64,000 bases of DNA from Propionibacteriaceae bacterium (lineage in GTDB: Bacteria > Actinomycetota > Actinomycetes > Propionibacteriales > Propionibacteriaceae): NCBI GenBank assembly GCA_051654905.1, contig JBOFYY010000144.1, positions 61,593 to 125,592 of the forward strand, written 5' to 3'. Shown piece by piece: positions 57,178-64,000 of the stretch. Below the pieces are notes generated by a model that did not search any database, was not told the DNA's origin, and saw nothing but the letters and a program-made list of their open reading frames with translations. Numbering within the stretch: position 1 is the stretch's first letter; each line of letters begins with the position of its first letter. Position numbers and translations under genes: made by a program.

Positions 57178-59940
57178 GTGGGGCTGCTTAGATATGTCCT
57201 ATCAAGAATGCGTGGTGATAGGAAACGAGTTGGAGCAATATGGTTAACGATCTGTTTTGCGGTCACATCATTTTGCGTACTAGCTGGATCGGCAGCTACA
57301 CAACATCTTGAAGTTACTCAAAGTGTGGAAGAAAACTTTCGTACCAATTATGACATTCTGGTGCGTCCTAAAGGATCTATCGCTCAACTAGAAGCTGAGC
57401 AAGGACTGATACGTGGAAACGCACAATCTTCGGTATATGGCGGTATTTCTTTTACTGATTGGGAGAAAATTACCCACATCAACGGGGTTGAAGTTGCTGC
57501 GCCTATTGCCATGATGGGTCAAGTTATGCACAGCGTCGCAGTAGTAATAAACCTTGCTGAGGCATTTCCAGAAAATCAAGAACGAGCCTTAGTTCATATT
57601 ACTGGGCATGTTGTTTCCCGAAATGGACACCTTAATTTACCGTGGAGTGGGGTATGGGTGTATTTGACACGTGCACAGCTACAAGAAGATCACATAGCCA
57701 TAAGTAGTGGGGGAGAGCTTAGTGGTCCTATCAGAGAAAATATTGCTGGAAAATCTTATTACCCAGGTATTGCCGGTAAAAGCAAGGAAGTGCCTAAGCA
57801 AAATAATTCTTTAAAAGATTCGTGGAGTGATAGAGAAGATATCGATGTTATTGATCAAGGCAGTAGTAAAAATCGTGGTTACAATTTTACTCTGGTTCTA
57901 AACTTACCTATTTCGGTAGCAGCTATTGACCCAGCTAGCGAACAGCGACTACTAAATATGGAAAGCACCGTTACCTCCGGTCGGTGGCTTACCGCAGCAG
58001 ATCAGTGGCAGATATCAGAAGTAGAAGGTACTAAAAGAGCGTCAATTCCAACAGTGCTAAACAAAGAAGTATCTTCAGATTTTCGTGGCGAAGTGCAAGT
58101 AGATAGTTTTACTGCTACGGCTGCTGAAGAGTTTGCTAGATTCTCCTTAGATAGCAACAGTAGCAATTCAAATTTCCTTAAGGGACTAACCCCTACTTCT
58201 TCTAAAAAGTGTTGTATTAGCGATGCTGTCACAATGTGGAGCGAAGCTATTGATAAGACCACAAAAAAATCTGATAGCAGCAAAGAAATTATAGTAAATA
58301 CTGGGTTTGTGCGTCCAGATTCTGTCCAGATTAAAAGAAATAGTGACGCTATGATTCCTGAACCAGTGGAACCAGATCTAACGAAAGACTATACAGAAGT
58401 TGGTTTCGCTCCAGTGCCTACTTTCGCTGATACCGGATACCGAAAATTGGACTTTTTGCCTGCGATCAATTCAATAAGTCAAAATCAGAGCAATGATGTG
58501 GCCTTAGAACCTGTTGGAGTATTCGACGGTTCCAAAATTATGCAAGGACCAGCATTAGCGCAAGTTCCTATGGAACTGTACAGCTCGGTTCCAGTACTTC
58601 CTGCTGATGCTGCAACTAAAGAGATCGTAGGAGAGCGGATGCTTTCTGATCTGAACCCGGCAGGATACTTGCAACCCGCAGCGGCAGCATTAATTCCTAT
58701 TTCACAGCTAGGAGTTTTGCAAGATCGAGTGGCTGGTATTGATCAAATAGCTCCAATATCAGTTATGCGAGTGCGGGTGGCTGATGTAACTGGGAATAAT
58801 GAAATTTCCCGGGAGCGAATTAGATCTGTTGCAGAGCAAATCGCGTTAGAGACCGGATTAGATGTTGACATCGTTGTAGGGTCTTCTTCGTCAAAACAGT
58901 TAGTGAAACTACCGGCCTCAAAACTAGGGCTACCGTCGTTGCGGCTCCATGAAATGTGGACCAAAAAAGGTGTATCAGTAGTTGTTACGCAAGCTGTTGA
59001 TCGTAAGTCATTATTACTATTTGGACTGATCTTTCTTTCTTCTGCGCTTACCGTAGCTATGGGGGCTCATGCTTCAGTGCGAGCACGACGCCAAGAGCTA
59101 GGAGTTTTAGCGTGTATCGGCTGGCGACCTGAGCTATTGCGAAACTCTATTTTGCTGGAAATGGCGATAATCGGAGTCAGTGCAGCAACTGTAGGAGCAA
59201 TTATCGCGTGGCCGTTAGCGGCGTTAGTAGGGGCAAGAATTGTGTGGTGGCAATCAATGCTAGCGATTCCAGCTGCGGTGCTAATGACAGTATTAGCAGG
59301 ATCATTTGCCAGCAGGAAAGCTAGAAAAATAACACCTATTACTGCTGTGCGCTCTGCAATTGCGGTACGAAATAGCGGAGTAATTAGATTACGAGGAGCA
59401 ATTTCGTTAGGAATGATGATCGCTGCTAAAAAACCGATAAGAACAGGGGTAGGAGCGATTGCTTTGGGGATTGGCATTGGATCTCTAACGCTGCTAATTT
59501 CGTTGAATCAGATATTCCATGGTCGAGTTGTTGGAACTGTTTTAGGAGATGCAGTATCTGTCCAAGTGCGTGGTGCAGATACCGTTGCTGGGATATTTCT
59601 GCTTACTTTGGGATTAATATCACTGGCAATGATTCTTTTCTTAACTATGACAGAAGACGCGCGAGTATTTGCTTCTTTAAACGCTGCTGGCTGGACAGAT
59701 CGGCGGCTAGGAGGAGTAGTTGTCACACAATCTGTTTGCATAGGGCTTTTGGGTGCAGCACTAGGAGTCGTGCTAGGACTAGGAACGATCAAGATTCTTA
59801 CGAAACAACTAACCGTGGCAATGGTTCACATAGCAGCGGAGTTCTCTGTGATAGCTCTCGTATGCTGCATCGTCATTGCGCTTATTTTTGCTTCGAGATT
59901 AAGAAAACTTCCATTGGCAAGATTGCTGGCGCAAGATTAG
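57178..59940 (+). CDS. Large ABC-transporter permease with two FtsX domains and a ~560-aa extracytoplasmic domain; no adjacent ATPase gene
   Basis: GTG 57178 follows AAAGGAG. There is an N-terminal transmembrane helix, a long soluble region, then two FtsX-type helix bundles (..RARRQELGVLACIGW.. and ..FASLNAAGWTDRRL..). Confidence 0.85.
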   Translation: MGLLRYVLSRMRGDRKRVGAIWLTICFAVTSFCVLAGSAATQHLEVTQSVEENFRTNYDILVRPKGSIAQLEAEQGLIRGNAQSSVYGGISFTDWEKITHINGVEVAAPIAMMGQVMHSVAVVINLAEAFPENQERALVHITGHVVSRNGHLNLPWSGVWVYLTRAQLQEDHIAISSGGELSGPIRENIAGKSYYPGIAGKSKEVPKQNNSLKDSWSDREDIDVIDQGSSKNRGYNFTLVLNLPISVAAIDPASEQRLLNMESTVTSGRWLTAADQWQISEVEGTKRASIPTVLNKEVSSDFRGEVQVDSFTATAAEEFARFSLDSNSSNSNFLKGLTPTSSKKCCISDAVTMWSEAIDKTTKKSDSSKEIIVNTGFVRPDSVQIKRNSDAMIPEPVEPDLTKDYTEVGFAPVPTFADTGYRKLDFLPAINSISQNQSNDVALEPVGVFDGSKIMQGPALAQVPMELYSSVPVLPADAATKEIVGERMLSDLNPAGYLQPAAAALIPISQLGVLQDRVAGIDQIAPISVMRVRVADVTGNNEISRERIRSVAEQIALETGLDVDIVVGSSSSKQLVKLPASKLGLPSLRLHEMWTKKGVSVVVTQAVDRKSLLLFGLIFLSSALTVAMGAHASVRARRQELGVLACIGWRPELLRNSILLEMAIIGVSAATVGAIIAWPLAALVGARIVWWQSMLAIPAAVLMTVLAGSFASRKARKITPITAVRSAIAVRNSGVIRLRGAISLGMMIAAKKPIRTGVGAIALGIGIGSLTLLISLNQIFHGRVVGTVLGDAVSVQVRGADTVAGIFLLTLGLISLAMILFLTMTEDARVFASLNAAGWTDRRLGGVVVTQSVCIGLLGAALGVVLGLGTIKILTKQLTVAMVHIAAEFSVIALVCCIVIALIFASRLRKLPLARLLAQD

Positions 59941-59950
59941 AAAGTAGTAG

Positions 59951-60036
59951 GGGCGTCGGACCGGGAAGCGCCTCTCGGCGCGTGGCCGCTCAGAGCGGCT
60001 AAAGTTGGAGCCCGGGGCTACCACAGCCCGACGCTT
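59951..60036. other. GC-rich multi-hairpin element between convergent genes (candidate sRNA, REP-like element or terminator cluster)
   Basis: Three 5-bp GC hairpins are present: GCGCC-TCTC-GGCGC at 59968-59981, GCCGC-TCAGA-GCGGC at 59985-59999 and GGGCT-ACCAC-AGCCC at 60015-60029. A possible closing helix is GCGTC (59953-59957) with GACGC (60030-60034). The element is conspicuously GC-rich compared with its flanks. Confidence 0.35.
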
Positions 60037-60106
60037 GTCATGAGCATAAGGCTTTCAAAGTATTACTTCAATACCGGCGAGCCTGTATGTCATCAAAATG
60101 TAACTT

Positions 60107-60697
60107 TTATCGAAGATCACCGCGTTGCCAAGCTATGGCACATGCGGCTAAGTCTTCGCTAAAAGAAGTAAGTTTTAATTGTTTCGAACTGGTACTTGCA
60201 GAGCTCCTACCAAGAACAATGATGTGGCAAAAAGTAGCAGCGTGAATTAGCGCATCAGCTAGATCCCCTGTGAAAGCTCCATGCAAAATCGTATCTACAA
60301 GTAGGCAGAGCGCTTCAGGAGTTGGAGCTTCGGTAGTGATTTCTGGTTGGGTCTCTAGAAGTGAATTAACTCCGACGGCATAGTCGTGAGCAACATCTTC
60401 TGGATGAAGGGTTACCCATTCTCGTAGTGCATATAACCGATAGAGGGCACCGGGGAGAGATACTGCCGGGCGAGCCTCCCAAAGGTCCGCAAGCGTAGGT
60501 AGCCCGATATCATCAACAACGGTAATAATACGGCGGGTAATTTCAGGGTCATCATTGCTATGTCCAACATGAAGAAGTGCAGCAGCAGTTTCATGGGCAG
60601 CATGAAGACGGGCAATAGGATCATTGCGTTCGGCTAGAGCTTCGAGCGCAGAAGGCGGCTGAAAGCTGGGGCGATGAGGCTTAGGAGTTGCTTTCAT
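60107..60697 (-). CDS. Hypothetical protein (196 aa), divergent from ffh
   Basis: Long ORF with coding-like composition. It overlaps no alternative long ORF, and no motif was recognised. Confidence 0.6.
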   Translation of the reverse strand: MKATPKPHRPSFQPPSALEALAERNDPIARLHAAHETAAALLHVGHSNDDPEITRRIITVVDDIGLPTLADLWEARPAVSLPGALYRLYALREWVTLHPEDVAHDYAVGVNSLLETQPEITTEAPTPEALCLLVDTILHGAFTGDLADALIHAATFCHIIVLGRSSASTSSKQLKLTSFSEDLAACAIAWQRGDLR

Positions 60698-60771
60698 AGC
60701 TATAGCCTAGCCATGATGTGTCCAGAACGCGGTAGACTTTGCCAACGAACATCAACCAAGAGGACAGCTTC

Positions 60772-62382
60772 GTGTTTGACACTTTGCAAGATCGACTTAA
60801 TGCCACGTTTAAGAACCTTCGTGGCAAAGGCAAACTTTCTGACGCCGATATCGACGAAACCTGCCGTGAGATACGTATCGCGCTGCTAGAAGCAGACGTG
60901 AATCTCGCCGTTGTTAAAGAGTTCATCGCTGGTGTTAAGTCACGCGCAAAAAGTGCAGAAGTTTCACAGGCGCTAAATCCAAGCCAGCAGATCATCAAGA
61001 TCGTTAATGATGAACTAGTAAAGATTCTTGGTGGGCAGACTCGTACGATTCGTTTTGCTAAAAACCCGCCAACTGTAATCATGTTGGCTGGTTTGCAAGG
61101 TGCAGGTAAGACAACTCTGGCAGGCAAACTCGGTACGTGGCTGCGAGAACAGGGCCATTCCCCGTTGTTGGTTGCTGCCGACTTGCAGCGTCCTAATGCT
61201 GTCACTCAGTTACAGCAAGTGGGCGAACGTGCGGGAGTTCATGTTTTTGCTCCGGAGCCAGGAAATGGTGTTGGTAACCCTGTCGAGGTAGCTAAAGCAG
61301 CTATGGGACATGCCAACCAGAAATATTACGACGTTGTGATCGTCGATACTGCGGGCCGGTTGGGTATAGATGCTGAACTGATGCAGCAAGCAGCTGACAT
61401 TAAAGCTGCAGTTAATCCCGATGAAGTGTTATTCGTAGTTGATGCCATGATCGGACAAGATGCGGTCAATACTGCAACCGCATTCCAAGAGGGCGTTGGT
61501 TTTGATGGTGTGGTCCTTTCCAAACTTGATGGCGACGCTCGTGGTGGTGCTGCGTTATCGATCGCTAAAGTGGTGGGGCGCCCCATCATGTTCGCCTCTA
61601 ACGGCGAAGGTCTAAAGGATTTCGATGTCTTCCATCCAGACCGGATGGCTAGCCGTATCCTGGGCATGGGTGACGTACTAACCCTTATTGAGCAGGCTGA
61701 AAAAGCCTTTGATAAGGAGCAGTCAGAAGCTGCTGCCAAGAAACTTCTATCTGGCAAGGGAGAGTTTGGATTACAAGATTTCCTTGATCAGATGCGGTCA
61801 ATGCGCCGCATGGGATCTATGAGCAAGATCTTGGGCATGCTGCCAGGTATGGGCGGTCAGATACGTGAAGCAATCGATGCTATTGACGAAAAATCAATTA
61901 ATCGTATCGAAGCAATTATTTTGGCAATGACTCCGCAAGAGCGTGCTAATCCAGCCATATTGAATGGCTCTCGTCGTAAGCGTATTGCCGATGGCACTGG
62001 AGTTACGGTTAAAGAAGTCAATGATTTGGTGACTCGATTCAATGAGGCTCGCAAAATGATGGCATCTTTCGGGCAAATGGGTATGGGGGCTGGAATAGCA
62101 GGTATCCGTGGAGCCAAAAAACAAGCTAAGAAAGTTAGTAAGAAGGCTCGGGGAGTATCCGGGAACCCTGCCAAGCGCGCAAATACAGGTGCTGCGGTTC
62201 CCGAAGCTGCTGATGAGGCTCAGGTGCCAGATAATGCAGTAGCTGCGTTTGGTGATTCCGGACAACTACCAGATATGGCTGATCTGGAGAAGATGATGGG
62301 TCAGATGAACCCGCAAGGCTTTGATCTGCCGCCACAGCTGCGAGATATGTTCCAGCAAGGCAATAAAGGATTTCGAGGCTAA
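60772..62382 (+). CDS. ffh: Signal recognition particle protein Ffh
   Basis: GTG 60772 (VFDTLQDRLN..) lies 7 nt after AAGAGGA. NG-domain motifs GLQGAGKTT, DTAGR and SKLDGDARGG are present, along with a Met-rich M domain. Confidence 0.96.
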   Translation: MFDTLQDRLNATFKNLRGKGKLSDADIDETCREIRIALLEADVNLAVVKEFIAGVKSRAKSAEVSQALNPSQQIIKIVNDELVKILGGQTRTIRFAKNPPTVIMLAGLQGAGKTTLAGKLGTWLREQGHSPLLVAADLQRPNAVTQLQQVGERAGVHVFAPEPGNGVGNPVEVAKAAMGHANQKYYDVVIVDTAGRLGIDAELMQQAADIKAAVNPDEVLFVVDAMIGQDAVNTATAFQEGVGFDGVVLSKLDGDARGGAALSIAKVVGRPIMFASNGEGLKDFDVFHPDRMASRILGMGDVLTLIEQAEKAFDKEQSEAAAKKLLSGKGEFGLQDFLDQMRSMRRMGSMSKILGMLPGMGGQIREAIDAIDEKSINRIEAIILAMTPQERANPAILNGSRRKRIADGTGVTVKEVNDLVTRFNEARKMMASFGQMGMGAGIAGIRGAKKQAKKVSKKARGVSGNPAKRANTGAAVPEAADEAQVPDNAVAAFGDSGQLPDMADLEKMMGQMNPQGFDLPPQLRDMFQQGNKGFRG

Positions 62383-62412
62383 ATAAGCTAAAGAAAAAGT
62401 AACAGATCAGAG

Positions 62413-62456
62413 TTAGCGGGCGCGGAAGCGATATTTTATGCAGATGCGCCCGCTAA
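62413..62456 (+). terminator. Hairpin after ffh, with no U-tract
   Basis: TTAGCGGGCGC (62413-62423) pairs with GCGCCCGCTAA (62446-62456) as a perfect 11-bp stem with a 22-nt loop. Confidence 0.4.
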
Positions 62457-62466
62457 GCTCGTCTAT

Positions 62467-64000
62467 GTGAGTGATTACGCGAAGTTTTCCCGACCCGACG
62501 AGCGCCCCCAGCGAGGACCTGAACGCGGTCCACGATATTTACCAACACATCAGTTAACGCAAACCTCTACTGCTGCACCAGTTAATACCGTAGATGGGTT
62601 CGTGAAAGAGTTTCTACACGAACTTAGTACTGGACGAGGTGTCTCATTGGAGAACTCGACGATCAACGACCAATATCATGCGCTTTCGGCGACGGTTCGT
62701 AATTACATGATGGAGTACTGGCTGCAAACTCAGGCTGAGTTTAAAAGTTCTGATACCAAAATGGTTGGATACCTGTCGGCAGAGTTCCTGCTAGGACGTC
62801 AATTAGGTAATGCGCTCCAAGCAACTGGGCTTTTTGATATTGCCCGAGAAGCTCTAGAAGGTTGTGGTATCGATCTTGCTGAACTTCGTACCCAAGAAGT
62901 TGAACCCGGTCTTGGAAATGGGGGGCTAGGGCGATTAGCTGCTTGCTTTATTGATTCACTAGCCACAATGAAAGTTCCTTGTATCGGTTATGGAATCCGC
63001 TACGAGTACGGCATTTTTAGACAGACTTTTGTCGAAGGGCGTCAAGTAGAACAGCCCGACAGCTGGCTAGAGCTGGGATGTCCTTGGGAATTTGCTCATC
63101 CAGAAAACTCAGTAGAAGTTAGCTTCGGTGGACGTACTGAAAAGCAGCTAGTAGACGGCGTCGAACGTAGCGTATGGATTCCAGATTGGCAGGTTCGCGG
63201 CGTTCCCTACAACTACATGGTTCCTGGATACGGCAATAGTCGAGTGAACACGCTACGGCTATGGAGTGCGCAAGCTACTCAGGCTTTTGATCTGCAAATT
63301 TTTAATGCCGGTGACTACGCGCAGGCAGTACGAGCACAAACCTTTGCCGAAAATATCTCCAAAGTGCTTTACCCAGAAGATTCGACTCCGCAAGGAAAAG
63401 AACTACGACTACAGCAGCAGTATTTCTTTGTTGCCTGTTCACTAGCTGATTTCATAAATAATGTTTTGCCGACAGATTTTGATCTACGTCGTCTCAACGA
63501 ACGTATTATCTTCCAACTTAATGACACACATCCAGTCATTGCAGTACCAGAGCTTATGCGTATTCTTATCGACGATAAAGGATTTAGTTGGGCAGAAGCA
63601 TGGCAGATCACTTCGTCATGTTTTGCCTATACTTGCCATACCTTGCTTCCAGAAGCGTTGGAAGTATGGTCAGTTGAGCTACTGGGACGTTTATTGCCAC
63701 GCCACCTAGAGATTATCTATGGCATCAATGAACAATTCTTGGCCCAAGTAGCTGCGCAATTCCCTGGAGATGAGCGACGTATTCGACGGATGTCGATTAT
63801 CGCTGAATATCCAGAACGCGCGGTTCGGATGGCGCATCTGGCTACGGTTACTGGGGTCAAAGTCAATGGGGTAGCGGAGCTACATTCTCAGCTATTGCGA
63901 GACAAAGTATTAACTGATTTCGCACAAATGTGGCCAGATAAGTTCACGAATGTAACAAATGGCATAACTCCGCGTCGGTTTATCCGTTATGCCAATGGTG
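62467..64000 (+). CDS. glgP: Alpha-glucan (glycogen/maltodextrin) phosphorylase; 3' end lies outside the window
   Basis: This reading frame is absent from the ORF track because it runs off the window. My own translation gives ..YLSAEFLLGRQLGNAL.., EPGLGNGGLGRLAACFIDSLAT, GYGIRYEYGIFRQ and LYPEDSTPQGKELRLQQQYFF, all GT35 phosphorylase hallmarks. GTG 62467 is the first start codon after the in-frame stop at 62389. Confidence 0.9.
   Translation, partial: MSDYAKFSRPDERPQRGPERGPRYLPTHQLTQTSTAAPVNTVDGFVKEFLHELSTGRGVSLENSTINDQYHALSATVRNYMMEYWLQTQAEFKSSDTKMVGYLSAEFLLGRQLGNALQATGLFDIAREALEGCGIDLAELRTQEVEPGLGNGGLGRLAACFIDSLATMKVPCIGYGIRYEYGIFRQTFVEGRQVEQPDSWLELGCPWEFAHPENSVEVSFGGRTEKQLVDGVERSVWIPDWQVRGVPYNYMVPGYGNSRVNTLRLWSAQATQAFDLQIFNAGDYAQAVRAQTFAENISKVLYPEDSTPQGKELRLQQQYFFVACSLADFINNVLPTDFDLRRLNERIIFQLNDTHPVIAVPELMRILIDDKGFSWAEAWQITSSCFAYTCHTLLPEALEVWSVELLGRLLPRHLEIIYGINEQFLAQVAAQFPGDERRIRRMSIIAEYPERAVRMAHLATVTGVKVNGVAELHSQLLRDKVLTDFAQMWPDKFTNVTNGITPRRFIRYANG

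Noticed and set aside
59951-60036. Possible SRP RNA (ffs) or a long-variable-arm tRNA, given the cloverleaf-like fold and the location between ftsY and ffh.
   Set aside because: Neither strand has the conserved SRP helix-8 motif (GGUCC-GGAA-GGAAGCAGCC type). There is also no T-loop (GTTCGAATC-like) or D-loop consensus, and the hairpin loops are 4-5 nt rather than 7. I kept it only as an unclassified structured element.
60681-61205. A 174-aa minus-strand ORF, plus other antisense ORFs (61326..61757, 61857..62265) within ffh.
   Set aside because: They are antisense to ffh, which has canonical SRP54 motifs, and I recognised no motifs in them.

Overview
This window is mostly conserved core genome from an Actinomycetota chromosome of moderate GC. 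I cannot assign a species from sequence alone. Gene order follows the Mycobacterium/Corynebacterium-type backbone: the tail of the suf Fe-S operon (Rieske protein, sufC, sufS, sufU, sufT), an ABC-F ATPase, fabG-fabI, def, xerC, rpsB-tsf-pyrH-frr-cdsA-rlmN, dxr-ispG, proS, rimP-nusA-(ylxR)-infB-rbfA-truB-ribF-rpsO-pnp-M16 peptidase, RNase J, rpmB, recG, rsmD-coaD, DUF177-rpmF-rnc-mutM, ftsY, ffh and the 5' part of glgP. I saw no rRNA, tRNA, CRISPR array, transposase, integrase other than housekeeping xerC, or phage genes. Four places depart from the backbone. (1) A roughly 6.4 kb accessory island lies between mutM and ftsY. It carries a small Cys-rich ORF, hipB/hipA, three GNAT genes, a YtrA-type GntR/DUF1648/membrane operon, a decayed stretch, a frameshifted SUFU-like gene and a GtrA-like gene. 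(2) An orphan 920-aa double-FtsX permease, a GC-rich multi-hairpin element and a hypothetical gene lie between ftsY and ffh. (3) An AT-richer two-gene cassette (secreted protein plus small membrane protein) lies at 9.8-10.9 kb. (4) ylxR is inverted between nusA and infB. Other signals are two perfect DnaA-box 9-mers 30 bp apart upstream of rpsB and the M23 peptidase gene, several clear intrinsic terminators, and in-frame tandem repeats in infB. I found no convincing complete novel multi-gene system. The most plausible places for undescribed biology are the mutM-ftsY island (hipBA, GNAT genes, YtrA operon) and the ftsY-ffh insert. All functional calls come from motif recognition by eye on the supplied translations. 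No database search was run.
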